A DNA stretch of 64,000 bases, taken from assembly GCA_944390005.1 (NCBI GenBank), contig CALXOJ010000006.1, forward strand, positions 4,152 to 68,151, read 5' to 3'. The stretch is from an uncultured Spirochaetota bacterium. Lineage in GTDB: Bacteria; Spirochaetota; Spirochaetia; JAFGXN01. The notes under the pieces are model-generated. The model was not told where the DNA came from, did no database searches, and saw only the letters and a list, made by a program, of their open reading frames with translations. Shown one piece after another: positions 9,952 to 20,088 of the stretch; positions within the stretch are counted from its first letter, which is position 1; every line of letters starts with the position of its first letter. The position numbers and the translations under genes are program-made.

Positions 9952-11544
9952 ATGAATTCAAAACGTATCGCCGTATCGGTTGCCGGCATAAGTCTTTCGG
10001 CTTTTTCTGCCGCTGCCGCCGATAAACCCAATATTCTGTTTATCTTTACCGACGACCACGCGATAAACGCCATTACCGCGTACTCCGACTTTTTCAAAGA
10101 AGCCGGATTCGAAACCCCAAACATTGATCGGTTGGCAAACGAAGGCGCGATTTTGCTCAACAACACCTGCTGCAATTCAATCAGCGGTCCGAGCCGAGCC
10201 GCCGTTCTGACAGGCAAACACAGCCACTCTAATGGATTCAAAGACAATTCAACGCGATTCAATCCCCGTCAATTCACTTTTGTCCGCGAATTGCAAAAAA
10301 ACGGTTATCAAACCGCCTTAATCGGCAAATGGCACCTCGGTGACAACTTAAACCCCTCCGAAGCGGGATTTGATCACTGGAACGTTCTGATCAATCAAGG
10401 AACTTATTATAATCCCGAATTCCGAACGCCCGAAGGCCGCCGCACCGATAAAGGCTACAGTACCGACATCATTACCGATCTGTCAATTGAGCAGATGGAA
10501 GCCGCTCTTGAAAACGATCAGCCGTTTTTAATGATGTGTCAGTACAAAGCGCCGCACCGCGACTGGCAGCCGGCGATGCGTCACCTCGATTTGTATAAAG
10601 GAATCGAATGGCCGCTTCCTGAAACCTTTTTTTACGACTTTGATTCAGCGCCGCGTTATATGCAGGAAACTCGCATGCGTATTGACGGTCATATGTTTCC
10701 CGGATGGGACATGAAATTGCGCGCAACAGAAATTCCCCGCAATTATCACAACCTCTACGGCCGCAACATGGCCAACACCGAACCGCTGCGCCTTTCCGCC
10801 GCCGACAGAAGAAAATACTACGAATCTTACAAAGAAGAGAACCGCTTTTTTAAACAAGCAAATCTCACCGGTCGCGAACGCGCCGTATGGAAATATCAAC
10901 GCTACATCCGCGATTATCTGCGCGTCGTTAAAGCCGTCGACGAAAATGTCGGCCGGCTGCTCGATTGGCTCGATGAAAAAGGCATTGCCGATGAAACGCT
11001 GATTGTTTACAGCTCTGACCAGGGATTTTTTCTGGGAGAAAAAGGAATGTTTGACAAACGGTGGATGTACACGCCGTCTCTGTCGATGCCGTTCGTTGCC
11101 CGCTGGCCGGGCGTCATTCCCGCCGGAATAAAAGTCACCGCCTTGACGCAAAACATCGACTTTGCGCCGACTTTTTTGGAAGCGGCAGCCGTTCCCGTTC
11201 CGGCGGAAGCCGGCGTTCAGGGCGAAAGTTTTTTGCCTTTGCTGAAAGGAGAAACCCCGGCGGATTGGCGGAAAAACATTTATTACCATTTTTACGAATC
11301 GCGTGCTGTCGAACCCGAACATTGGTGCCCCGCGCAGTACGGCGTTTTTGACGGCCGTTACAAACTGATTCGGCTTTACGAACAGTATGCGGACGCCTGG
11401 GAACTCTACGATTTGCAAAACGATCCCAACGAAATGCGCAACCTCTGGAATGAAGACGGATACGGCGATTTAAAAGCAGAAATGCTGCGCCGTCTGACGG
11501 AAATCAAAGCATTTTACGGCGATCCTATCGAAACCGAAGAGTGA
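9952..11544 (+). CDS. S1-family sulfatase, Ser-type (SxPxR), secreted
   Basis: Blocks PNILFIFTDDHA and CCNSISGPSRAAVLTGKHSH (C/S-x-P-x-R with Ser at the FGly position), plus a signal peptide. Confidence 0.75.
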   Translation: MNSKRIAVSVAGISLSAFSAAAADKPNILFIFTDDHAINAITAYSDFFKEAGFETPNIDRLANEGAILLNNTCCNSISGPSRAAVLTGKHSHSNGFKDNSTRFNPRQFTFVRELQKNGYQTALIGKWHLGDNLNPSEAGFDHWNVLINQGTYYNPEFRTPEGRRTDKGYSTDIITDLSIEQMEAALENDQPFLMMCQYKAPHRDWQPAMRHLDLYKGIEWPLPETFFYDFDSAPRYMQETRMRIDGHMFPGWDMKLRATEIPRNYHNLYGRNMANTEPLRLSAADRRKYYESYKEENRFFKQANLTGRERAVWKYQRYIRDYLRVVKAVDENVGRLLDWLDEKGIADETLIVYSSDQGFFLGEKGMFDKRWMYTPSLSMPFVARWPGVIPAGIKVTALTQNIDFAPTFLEAAAVPVPAEAGVQGESFLPLLKGETPADWRKNIYYHFYESRAVEPEHWCPAQYGVFDGRYKLIRLYEQYADAWELYDLQNDPNEMRNLWNEDGYGDLKAEMLRRLTEIKAFYGDPIETEE

Positions 11545-11669
11545 ATTAAAAATCAATTCAAAATATTAACCATAATTTCTGAATATTAACAAATTTTTCG
11601 TCAAAAAAAAAAAAAAAAATTGTCTTTTTTTGTTTATTATTTTATAATTAAGAGAGGAGAAGGGTTGTT

Positions 11670-13310
11670 ATGAGAAAACGACAAATCGGATGCTGCGTCG
11701 GCTTAGCCGGAATTTCGTTGCTTTCGGGTTGTGAACCGAAGCTGGGAGATAGAACAAATATTTTGTTTATCTTTTCGGATGACCATGCGCTGAAGGCTAT
11801 CACTGCTTATTTAGACGATTTTAAAACTTCAGCATCCGGAACACCGACAGGATTCGAAACACCGAATATCGACCGATTGGCGGAAGAAGGGGCGATTTTG
11901 CTTAACAACACCTGCTGCAACTCAATCAGCGGGCCGAGCCGAGCCGCCGTTCTGACCGGCAAACACAGCCACGCCAACGGATTCACCAACAATTCGAAAT
12001 CATTCGATCCCGATCAATTCACTTTCGCCCGCGCTTTGCAGGAAGAAGGATACAGCACCGCGATGATCGGAAAGTGGCACTTGGGCGATAAACTTGACCC
12101 GCGGCGCGCCGGATTTGACGACTACAACGTTTTAATCAATCAAGGGACGTACTATAACCCTGAATTCCGCACGCCGGAAGGCAACAAAACCATTGAAGGT
12201 TACAGCACCGACATCATTGCCGATCTGTCGATTGATTGGCTGAAAGACGCCAAAAAACGCAATCGGCCGTTTTTATTGATGTGCCAATTCAAAGCGCCGC
12301 ACCGCAACTGGCAGCCGGCAATGGAAGATTTGGAACTGTTTAAAGGCACTCAGTTTCCGATACCCGGTGATTTTAGGGATACGACTCAATTTTCCTCTTT
12401 ACCCCAATATGTTCAAGACGCTCGCATGCGTATTGACGGATACATGTTTCCCGGATGGGACATGAAATTACGTGACGGTGAAGTACCGTCAAATTACCTT
12501 AATCTGTATACCGGCACAGATCAAAAAGATCCCGGCGTCACACTGGAGCAGAATCGGCTCAGCGCCGCCGACCGTGAAAAATACTGGGCTTCTTACGAAG
12601 AGGAAAACAAAAAATTTTATAGCGAGAATCCGACAGGCAGAAAGCAGGCAGAATGGAAATATCAGCGTTACATCCGCGACTATTTGCGAACCATCGTTGC
12701 GATGGACCGCAATATCGGCCGTCTTTTGGATGAGCTTGACAAACTTGGGCTGAGTAAAAATACATTGGTCGTTTACAGTTCGGATCAAGGGTTTTTCTTG
12801 GGCGAGAAAGGTTTTTATGATAAACGATGGATGTATAAGCAGTCGTTTTCCATGCCGTTTTTGGCGCGGCTGCCGGGCGTCATTCCCGCCGGAACAAAAG
12901 TCACTGCACTGACACAGAACATCGACTTTGCGCCGACCTTTTTGGAAGTGACGGAAACCAAAATTCCCGATGGCGCCGGCATTCAGGGGCAAAGTTTCCT
13001 TCCGTTGCTGAAAGGAGAAACCCCGGCTTCTTGGCGTGATGCGCTGTATTATCATTTTACCGAATCAAGGGCGGTGGAAAGCGAACATTATTGTCCCGCT
13101 CATTACGGCGTTTTTGACGGCCGGTACAAACTGATGCGTTTCTATGAGCCGGTCGCGGGGGACTCTTGGGAGCTCTACGATTTGGATAATGATCCTGACG
13201 AAGAAACCAACATTTACAATACAGCCGACTCCGAATTGGTCAATCAATTAAAAGAAAAATTAAAGAGCTTGCGAAGTCAATACGGTGATACCACCGGAGC
13301 GGCTTTGTAA
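11670..13310 (+). CDS. S1-family sulfatase paralog, Ser-type, lipoprotein
   Basis: It has the same catalytic block as the upstream paralog and a lipobox LLSGCEP. It is a tandem duplicate with stretches of near-identical nucleotide sequence. Confidence 0.75.
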   Translation: MRKRQIGCCVGLAGISLLSGCEPKLGDRTNILFIFSDDHALKAITAYLDDFKTSASGTPTGFETPNIDRLAEEGAILLNNTCCNSISGPSRAAVLTGKHSHANGFTNNSKSFDPDQFTFARALQEEGYSTAMIGKWHLGDKLDPRRAGFDDYNVLINQGTYYNPEFRTPEGNKTIEGYSTDIIADLSIDWLKDAKKRNRPFLLMCQFKAPHRNWQPAMEDLELFKGTQFPIPGDFRDTTQFSSLPQYVQDARMRIDGYMFPGWDMKLRDGEVPSNYLNLYTGTDQKDPGVTLEQNRLSAADREKYWASYEEENKKFYSENPTGRKQAEWKYQRYIRDYLRTIVAMDRNIGRLLDELDKLGLSKNTLVVYSSDQGFFLGEKGFYDKRWMYKQSFSMPFLARLPGVIPAGTKVTALTQNIDFAPTFLEVTETKIPDGAGIQGQSFLPLLKGETPASWRDALYYHFTESRAVESEHYCPAHYGVFDGRYKLMRFYEPVAGDSWELYDLDNDPDEETNIYNTADSELVNQLKEKLKSLRSQYGDTTGAAL

Positions 13311-13334
13311 ATTTAAATGGTAAGGAGAGAAGAG

Positions 13335-16300
13335 ATGAAAAGAGTCATTTTATTTTTGATTTCTGTATTCTTATTGGGATGTCCCCCGACTCCGGAAGCG
13401 GGCGAGCTGTCATTGGGAGAGGTTTCCGTTTCTCCGGCGACGGGATTTAACACAACGGAAAATTTTAAATTTACGGCAGCGGTTTCGGTGCCGGCGGAAG
13501 CCTCGTTAAGTGTAGAGGTTCGGGATGCGGCGGGAAAAACCGTAAAAAATTTGTCGGACAGCGTCCGGGCAGGCGAAAAGAGCAAAACGATTACCTCAAA
13601 AATCGATGCTGTCGGAAAAATGAAGGCGGTTTTTATTTTGGCAGCCGAAGGGGCCGAACCGCAAACCAAAACAGCCGAATTTGAGGTCAAAGAAGGCGGA
13701 ATTCCCTCCGCTGCCTTTGAATGGCCGACAACCGGTGTCTATCAGGACGCAACAATTACAGTGGGCATGAGCGCTGTCTGTGCCGATGTCGCGGGAACGG
13801 GTACCGATACATACGCGTTAAAATCTGCCGCTTTTACGGCCTACAAAGACAATAGCGGCACATGGGATACTTTCGACGGGTTTACGTTTCCGACTCTGAC
13901 AGCCGACAAACTGAATACGGATTTTGAACTGACTTTAAGCGAGATCGGGAAATTTCGTATTGTTTTGGAGATCGAAAATACAGCCGGCAAAAAGGACAGT
14001 CAGGCTGTCGAATTCGAAATAACCGAGTATAAGAAAATCGATACCATATCGGCAACACCGGATACTTTTACCGGTCAGATTCTCAATGATACGGTTACCG
14101 TCACTTTGAATTTTACGGGGGTCGATGGAGAGGTACCGTCGGACATCTCGGTAACATGGTCTCAAGATGATGCAAAATATACTGTCGTTCCCGTAGAAAC
14201 CGCATCGACGGCGATCTCCACAACATGGCAAATTACGATTAAAACAACGGACGCCGTAACGATTACGGCAACGTCTACGGTGCAGACCGACAAGAGTGTC
14301 GGCATTACGTTTGACGGGACAAAGCAGTATAAAGTTGACACAACAAAAACCGTCGAAGGGAAAGCGTTGTCGCTGCTTTGGGCCGAAAACTTTAACAATA
14401 AGGACGAAGTGCTTAAAAACTGGCGATCCGAAGGCTATATTGATGCGAATAACAAGGTCAAACGTTTTTATTGGCGTCCGGAGGCTCTGGAAATGACAGA
14501 GCTGGACGGAAAATCCGTTTTTACCATGTTTACACGGGAATGGGGAACACGACCCGGAGAGAGTACGGACAGTAAGCCTTATTACCCGGGACAGGATCAG
14601 TCAAACGGAAACAATAAAGCCGGAGAAAAATGGATTTCCGGCGGCATTCATTTGCAGAAAAATATCGTTTTCGGGTATATCGAAACCCGTGTCAGAACAG
14701 CCAGAACAAGTGCGTCCCACTGGGATGCTTTCTGGAGCTATGACTCCGATGCAAACAGCCCGTTGTGGTATGAATTCGATGTGATGGAAGCGATTACAGC
14801 TACGAATTTGGATGTGACGACACATTTTTGGATCCGAAGTTCCGGAAGATTCTGGGATCAACCGACGAAAAAGCACGGGGATGTCGATCTGAATTCGGAT
14901 TGGTATACCTTGGGCATTTACTGGAGTCCGGAAGAGGTGGTTTATTACGGCTATCACGATAAGACACCCCGTCGCATTGCCAGTTTTAAGAAAGACTTTA
15001 CATTTGCGGACGGTTATTCGAAAGGAACACGGGCTCCGAAAAACAATGTGCCCTTAATAACCCGCTGGAAACAGGGATTTAAATTTACAACGGAGCTGGG
15101 ATCAGCATATGGAGGTACAGATAGACCGGCATCAGGTACGGAAGACAAATATTACATCGATTATTTTGCTGTTTATCAAATTCCGGTATCTCAGGCTGTG
15201 TTGGCGGAGAATGTCGAAAACGGCACAATTTCGTTTGACCGGGAAGTGAAAGGGAATGATCAGGCGGCATGGGCCGATATCGCTTCGGCCGGAAATAAAA
15301 TTTATGTGAATGTTACCCCCGTTTCCGGATATTTGACCGAATCGGTTACGGCAACCTGGCCCGGCGGTTCTGCCGCACTGACTGAGGAAAGCGAAGGACG
15401 TTATTATCTGGAAGTAACGGATCAAATGCCGCAGTATTTTGATTTCGCAACACAGGAATACGGCGAAAAAGTAACAATTACACCGGTGTTTACGCAAAAT
15501 GAGGCTGCTCCGGCATTGGAATCTGTTACTTTAAGCGCCAATCCCGCTTCCGGGTTTAGCGATGAGACAATTACGGTTACCGAAATGCTTACTCCTTCCG
15601 ATGCGGTTGTGACAAATGTAACGGTTAGTAAAGGCAGTTATGATATGACCTCCAAAACGTTAACGCTGCCCGAAAATGCCGGCGATGAGGCAATAACCGA
15701 AACAGTTACGTTCACTTATACAACGAAAGGAAATAAAACCGTTACCGCTACTTTGGCCGTTACCGTTTATCCGGATACTTACGTTCGAAGAAACGGTGTC
15801 GTTTATCAGCCGATGAAAACGGTGGAGGATTTTAGCAGTAACAATCCCGATGTGACATTTACAAGTAAAACAGATGGAGCATGGAGCACTGATGCGCAGC
15901 CGGTGATTACGGTGAACAGTCTGCAGTCTGACGGAACGCAAAGTGATATAATGACTATTGCGAATGTGCCGGATAACAGCGACAATAATTGTCTGGTTGA
16001 AATGACGATTAATTACTCTGATACATCTACTGTTCGTTCCATTATTGCCATTACAAACGGGGCAGACAGACCTTTTTGGCTGCTCAGAAATACTTACAAA
16101 GGTGGCATTGGAGGTGGCACCGCCTTTCGGGCAGGACCGAATTCGGGAGATACTAATTCCCAATATACGTTAAGCGCGAATAAAGATGAGGTATTGGGAT
16201 ATTTAATTAATGGTGCCAAACAGGGAGAGACCGCACAATTTTTCTTTAACGGAGTCAGTAAGACAGTCGAAATGTCAAACACAACTACTATAACGAAAGC

Positions 16301-16439
16301 GCCCAGTATAACCGACAACAGCTTCAAATTTAGTTTTAACAGGGAAAAAATAGGGTCGGGTAATGGTGAAAATCCGGAACCCGACCCCGGCACCATTACC
16401 CTCAAAAAAATCGTCTTTTACAAACCGGTAACGGAGTAA
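13335..16439 (+). CDS. Large multidomain lipoprotein with a central GH16 glycoside hydrolase domain
   Basis: The lipobox is LLGCPP. The GH16 catalytic motif is YEFDVMEA (ExDxxE), with flanking GH16 blocks GGIHLQ...FGYIETRVR and YTLGIYWSPEEVVYYG. N-terminal Ig-like and C-terminal beta-rich domains are present. The start was set at MKRVIL, which has an AAGGAGAG RBS. Confidence 0.65.
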   Translation: MKRVILFLISVFLLGCPPTPEAGELSLGEVSVSPATGFNTTENFKFTAAVSVPAEASLSVEVRDAAGKTVKNLSDSVRAGEKSKTITSKIDAVGKMKAVFILAAEGAEPQTKTAEFEVKEGGIPSAAFEWPTTGVYQDATITVGMSAVCADVAGTGTDTYALKSAAFTAYKDNSGTWDTFDGFTFPTLTADKLNTDFELTLSEIGKFRIVLEIENTAGKKDSQAVEFEITEYKKIDTISATPDTFTGQILNDTVTVTLNFTGVDGEVPSDISVTWSQDDAKYTVVPVETASTAISTTWQITIKTTDAVTITATSTVQTDKSVGITFDGTKQYKVDTTKTVEGKALSLLWAENFNNKDEVLKNWRSEGYIDANNKVKRFYWRPEALEMTELDGKSVFTMFTREWGTRPGESTDSKPYYPGQDQSNGNNKAGEKWISGGIHLQKNIVFGYIETRVRTARTSASHWDAFWSYDSDANSPLWYEFDVMEAITATNLDVTTHFWIRSSGRFWDQPTKKHGDVDLNSDWYTLGIYWSPEEVVYYGYHDKTPRRIASFKKDFTFADGYSKGTRAPKNNVPLITRWKQGFKFTTELGSAYGGTDRPASGTEDKYYIDYFAVYQIPVSQAVLAENVENGTISFDREVKGNDQAAWADIASAGNKIYVNVTPVSGYLTESVTATWPGGSAALTEESEGRYYLEVTDQMPQYFDFATQEYGEKVTITPVFTQNEAAPALESVTLSANPASGFSDETITVTEMLTPSDAVVTNVTVSKGSYDMTSKTLTLPENAGDEAITETVTFTYTTKGNKTVTATLAVTVYPDTYVRRNGVVYQPMKTVEDFSSNNPDVTFTSKTDGAWSTDAQPVITVNSLQSDGTQSDIMTIANVPDNSDNNCLVEMTINYSDTSTVRSIIAITNGADRPFWLLRNTYKGGIGGGTAFRAGPNSGDTNSQYTLSANKDEVLGYLINGAKQGETAQFFFNGVSKTVEMSNTTTITKAPSITDNSFKFSFNREKIGSGNGENPEPDPGTITLKKIVFYKPVTE

Positions 16440-16456
16440 AAGAACAGGAAAGAAGA

Positions 16457-16482
16457 AGCGTCCCGCAAGGGACGCTTTTTTT
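16457..16482 (+). terminator. Rho-independent terminator (GCGTCCC-GCAA-GGGACGC followed by T7)
   Basis: A perfect 7-bp GC stem followed by a T-run, immediately after the GH16 gene. Confidence 0.6.
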
Positions 16483-16501
16483 GTCAGAAAATAGCGGTGG
16501 G

Positions 16502-17257
16502 TTACGGTTGGCGGGAATCCCGTGACGGGCTTTCGTCATTGGCGGTGCGGACAGTGATGCGTCCCGAAACGCTTTCGGCCGCGATCACCGGCGAATCGGA
16601 CAGACGGATAACGGCACGGTTGCCGAAATCGTTGCCGTAGACCGACACGGACCCGTAACTTTCGGCTTCAACGGAAACTTTTTCCTTCAAACAAATATCG
16701 ACGGCGCCCGATACCGTTTTCAGCGTGCAGCTTTCCGACACCTGCGGGTTCGCCTCAATGCGCCCCGATACCGTTTCGACTGCGGCGTTCCGGAAGGCGG
16801 TTTCGTTCAAAAGGCAGTCTCCCGCAATCGTTTCGAAGCGTCCTTCGTCGAAGGAAACAACGGAACGGCCTGTCAGACTGATTTTTCCGGAAACCGTTTT
16901 CAGAGAAACGGAAGAAAAGACAAAGCTCTCGGGGACGGTCACTTTCACATAACTCTCTTTGAAAGAGGGAATTCCGAACAATTTTCCGGCTGCCGAAAAA
17001 ACAAAAGCATCGTCGGAAAAGGCGAGCCGTCCGACCCGCTCTTTCCCCGATAAGCGGTATTCGACCCGGAATGAATCGCCCTGTTCGATGAGGATATCCG
17101 AGGCGATTGTCGTAATGTCGAGGGTGCGCGGACAGACAGAAGGCAGTTCCGGAACGGTCTCCTGCCGTGGAGCGGAAAAAAGACCGGATAGAAGCAGAAC
17201 AGAAATCATAACGGCAATTACGCCGAAAAGAACGGCGGCAACCGATAATTTTTTCAT
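16502..17257 (-). CDS. DUF4097 (LiaG-like putative adhesin) domain protein
   Basis: It contains repeated TVSGxIxL/V blocks (TVSGKISL, TVSGRIEA, TVSGAVDI, SVSGRITV) and an N-terminal TM helix. The start was set at MKKLSV so as not to overlap tRNA-Val. Confidence 0.5.
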   Translation of the reverse strand: MKKLSVAAVLFGVIAVMISVLLLSGLFSAPRQETVPELPSVCPRTLDITTIASDILIEQGDSFRVEYRLSGKERVGRLAFSDDAFVFSAAGKLFGIPSFKESYVKVTVPESFVFSSVSLKTVSGKISLTGRSVVSFDEGRFETIAGDCLLNETAFRNAAVETVSGRIEANPQVSESCTLKTVSGAVDICLKEKVSVEAESYGSVSVYGNDFGNRAVIRLSDSPVIAAESVSGRITVRTANDESPSRDSRQP

Positions 17258-17292
17258 CACAGACTCCTTGTTTCGTTGTTCGAAACGGCAAT

Positions 17293-17320
17293 AAAAAAAC
17301 GGCTCCAAAAGAAGCCGTTC
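17293..17320 (-). terminator. Rho-independent terminator downstream of tRNA-Val (AACGGCT-loop-AGCCGTT followed by T7)
   Basis: Hairpin followed by a T-run, read on the minus strand. Confidence 0.5.
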
Positions 17321-17394
17321 TGGGCGGTAGCAGACTTGAACTGCTGACCCCTTGCATGTCAAGCAAGTACTCTAACCAACTGAGCTAACTGCCC
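17321..17394 (-). tRNA. tRNA-Val (anticodon GAC)
   Basis: The cloverleaf was folded by hand. The D-arm is GCTC/GAGT with G18G19, the anticodon loop is TTGACAT, and the T-loop is TTCAAGT. There is one A-C mismatch in the acceptor stem. Confidence 0.6.
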
Positions 17395-17403
17395 GATTCT
17401 TAT

Positions 17404-17431
17404 ATTCTACTTGCGGACGAAAAAAAGTCAA
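17404..17431 (-). promoter_or_regulatory. Sigma70-like promoter for tRNA-Val (TTGACT, 16-nt spacer, TAGAAT)
   Basis: Hexamers lie about 9 nt upstream of the tRNA 5' end on the minus strand. Confidence 0.4.
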
Positions 17432-17489
17432 GAGGTTGACGAAACTTTTCTTTTACGGATGATTTTCCGCCTAAATCGGAACAGCTTCA

Positions 17490-17518
17490 TTGACACGGAT
17501 TTTTCTCTTGAGTATAAT
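17490..17518 (+). promoter_or_regulatory. Consensus sigma70 promoter (TTGACA, 17-nt spacer, TATAAT) for the lipoprotein-gpmI-ptsN unit
   Basis: A perfect match to both hexamers with a 17-nt spacer, about 35 nt upstream of the ATG at 17555. Confidence 0.6.
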
Positions 17519-17554
17519 AAAATATCAATAATAAAGTTTGAAACGGGGGTTATT

Positions 17555-17842
17555 ATGAAAAAAACCGTTTTCTTGGTCATTGTTTTAGCTGCTTTGACTT
17601 TTGCCGGATGCAAGACGGCGCCGCAAGCGACTCAGCCTGTTTTTCCAGTTGGAATTGAATATCGGGTTTTGGGGCGCGTTACCCTTGAGAAACCGCGGCT
17701 GAAAAACGGATATTTGGAACTTCTCAAAAAAGCGAAAGAAGAATACCCCGACAGCGACGATGTTGTCAACATTCTTGTCGATTCCGCGTGGAACGGCCGC
17801 CGCTACGTTTTAAGCGGATTGGTCATCAAATACATTCAATAA
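17555..17842 (+). CDS. Small lipoprotein, unknown function
   Basis: The start is MKKTVFLVIVLAALTFAGCK (a lipobox) and it has a GGGGG RBS. The ORF-track upstream extension overlaps the promoter and was rejected. Confidence 0.5.
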   Translation: MKKTVFLVIVLAALTFAGCKTAPQATQPVFPVGIEYRVLGRVTLEKPRLKNGYLELLKKAKEEYPDSDDVVNILVDSAWNGRRYVLSGLVIKYIQ

Positions 17843-17860
17843 GCTGAAAGGAGCGAACCT

Positions 17861-19513
17861 ATGACGGAGCCTTTGAAACAAAATCCGAAAATGAACAAAC
17901 GCCGCGGGCCGGTTTTGCTCGTCATTATGGACGGCGTCGGTTACGGAAAATATGCCGACGGAGACGCGGTTGCCCATTCCAAAATGCCGAATTTGCGCGC
18001 GTTGGAAAATTCCTGTCCTCATACGAAGCTGAAAGCACACGGTTTGGCTGTCGGTTTGCCGTCGGATGCCGATATGGGAAATTCCGAAGTCGGTCATAAC
18101 GCGATGGGCGCCGGCCGCGTTTTTGCCCAAGGCGCAAAGTTGGTTTCACAGTCGATTGAAAGCCGCGCGCTGTTTAACGGCGATACGTGGAAAAAACTGA
18201 TTGACAACGTAAAAAAGAGCGGCGGAACGCTTCATTTTATTGGATTGGTTTCGGACGGCAATGTTCACTCGCACATTGATCATTTAAAAGCCATGTTGAA
18301 AGAGGCGAAAGCCGAGGGCGTTGCCAAAGTTCGCGTTCACGGACTGCTTGACGGGCGCGATGTCGGCGAAACATCGGCGTTGGAATATTTTACTCCGTTG
18401 GAAGAAGAAATGAAGACGATGAGCGGCGGCGGTTTTGATGCTCGTTTTGCTTCCGGCGGCGGTCGGATGGTCATCACCATGGACCGTTACAACGCCAACT
18501 GGGAGATGGTTCGCAAAGGGTGGGAAACACACGTCCTCGGTGAAGGCCGAATGTTTGATTCGGCGACCGAAGCGATTCAAACGCTGCGCAGTGAAACGGG
18601 AAAAATCGATCAGGATTTGCCGCCGTTTGTTATTGCCGAAAACGGAAAACCGGTTGGAACTATCAACGACGGCGACAGCGTGATTCTTTTCAATTTCCGC
18701 GGCGATCGGGCGTTGGAAATCACCGCTGCGTTTGAAGGCGGCAGCGATTTCAATCGTTTCGACCGCAAACGCGTTCCGAAAGTCGAGTATGCCGGCATGA
18801 TGGAGTATGACGGCGACCTTCACATTCCCAAGCAGTATCTTGTTTCGCCGCCGCAAATCGACCGCACCATGGGTGAATATTTGGCGAAAACCGGTGTGCG
18901 CAGTTTTGCCATCAGCGAAACGCAGAAGTACGGTCACGTGACTTACTTTTTCAACGGCAATAAACTCGGCAAGTTTGACGAAAAGCTGGAAACTTACGAA
19001 GAAATTCCATCCGATATTATTCCGTTCGAACAAAAACCGCTGATGAAGTGTAAAGAAATCACCGACCGCCTGCTGGAAGTCATTTCTTCCGGAAAATACG
19101 ATTTTATTCGCGTCAATTATCCGAACGGTGATATGGTCGGACACACGGGCGTTTGGAATGCGGTGATTCAATCAATGGAAGGACTTGATGTCCAAATCGG
19201 ACGGCTGCGCGAAGCAATCGAAAAAGCCGGCGGCGTTATGATTGTGACTGCCGATCATGGTAATTCCGACGATATGTTTGAACATGACAAAGCGGGCAAC
19301 GTCAAGCGAAATTCCGACGGAACACCGAAAGCGAAGACCGCGCATTCGTTGAATCCGGTTCCGTGCATCGTTTTTGATCCCGAATATAAGGGTGAATACG
19401 ATTTGAAGCTGAACGAAGGACTCGGAATCAGTTCAATTGCTGCCACATGCATTGATCTGCTTGGTTATGAACCGCCGGTTGATTACGACAAAAGCGTTTT
19501 GAATTTTAAGTAA
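17861..19513 (+). CDS. gpmI: 2,3-bisphosphoglycerate-independent phosphoglycerate mutase
   Basis: iPGM blocks MDGVGY, SEVGHNAMGAGR and the metal-binding C-terminal phosphatase domain (TADHGNSD). It is about 550 aa long. Confidence 0.85.
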   Translation: MTEPLKQNPKMNKRRGPVLLVIMDGVGYGKYADGDAVAHSKMPNLRALENSCPHTKLKAHGLAVGLPSDADMGNSEVGHNAMGAGRVFAQGAKLVSQSIESRALFNGDTWKKLIDNVKKSGGTLHFIGLVSDGNVHSHIDHLKAMLKEAKAEGVAKVRVHGLLDGRDVGETSALEYFTPLEEEMKTMSGGGFDARFASGGGRMVITMDRYNANWEMVRKGWETHVLGEGRMFDSATEAIQTLRSETGKIDQDLPPFVIAENGKPVGTINDGDSVILFNFRGDRALEITAAFEGGSDFNRFDRKRVPKVEYAGMMEYDGDLHIPKQYLVSPPQIDRTMGEYLAKTGVRSFAISETQKYGHVTYFFNGNKLGKFDEKLETYEEIPSDIIPFEQKPLMKCKEITDRLLEVISSGKYDFIRVNYPNGDMVGHTGVWNAVIQSMEGLDVQIGRLREAIEKAGGVMIVTADHGNSDDMFEHDKAGNVKRNSDGTPKAKTAHSLNPVPCIVFDPEYKGEYDLKLNEGLGISSIAATCIDLLGYEPPVDYDKSVLNFK

Positions 19514-19522
19514 TGGAGTGAA

Positions 19523-20017
19523 ATGCGAAAAGCGACGGCTTGTTTTGATTTTCACGGATGTGTTGTTCCCGATTTACAGAGCGTTGACAAATTCGACGCT
19601 ATTACCGAATTGGTAAAACGGACGGCGGTTTTCCGTGATGTCAAAAATAACCCCGCTTTTTTAAACGCTGTTTTTAATCGCGAACGGGAGCGAAGCACGG
19701 GTTTCGGTCACGGCGTCGCCGTGGCGCACGCCAAAACAGAGTGCGTCAAGCGGATTGAAATCGCTTTGGGAATTTCCCATAAAGGAATCGATTTTGATTC
19801 CATCGACCGGCTGCCGGTTCATCTTCTTTTTCTGATTGCGACGCCGGTTTATAAAACGGAAATTTATTTAAAACTGCTTTCGGTTCTGATGACCGTCATG
19901 CGCAGCGGCGATTTGCGGGAGAGGCTGCTGTCGCTGACCGACGTCAGTCAGATCGAGTCGCTTTTGGACGAGCGTTTCCGCTGCTGTTACCGCGCGAAAA
20001 CGCTCGATGACATTTAA
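19523..20017 (+). CDS. PTS EIIA-type-2 domain protein (PtsN/EIIA-Ntr-like)
   Basis: The EIIA_2 signature is RERSTGFGHGVAVAHAK, containing the phospho-His. Confidence 0.55.
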   Translation: MRKATACFDFHGCVVPDLQSVDKFDAITELVKRTAVFRDVKNNPAFLNAVFNRERERSTGFGHGVAVAHAKTECVKRIEIALGISHKGIDFDSIDRLPVHLLFLIATPVYKTEIYLKLLSVLMTVMRSGDLRERLLSLTDVSQIESLLDERFRCCYRAKTLDDI

Positions 20018-20088
20018 CCCCGCGGTTTGTCTCCTTTTAAAAGCACGGATTTCCGAATAAAAAACAGAGAAACAAACCGCGGCGGCGG

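Noticed and set aside
9924-10262. A 112-aa antisense ORF inside the first sulfatase, with a near-identical 61-aa antisense ORF (11807-11992) inside the second
   Set aside because: The conservation only reflects the high nucleotide identity of the two sulfatase paralogs. Both lie opposite strongly supported sulfatase catalytic-site codons and have no RBS or domain.
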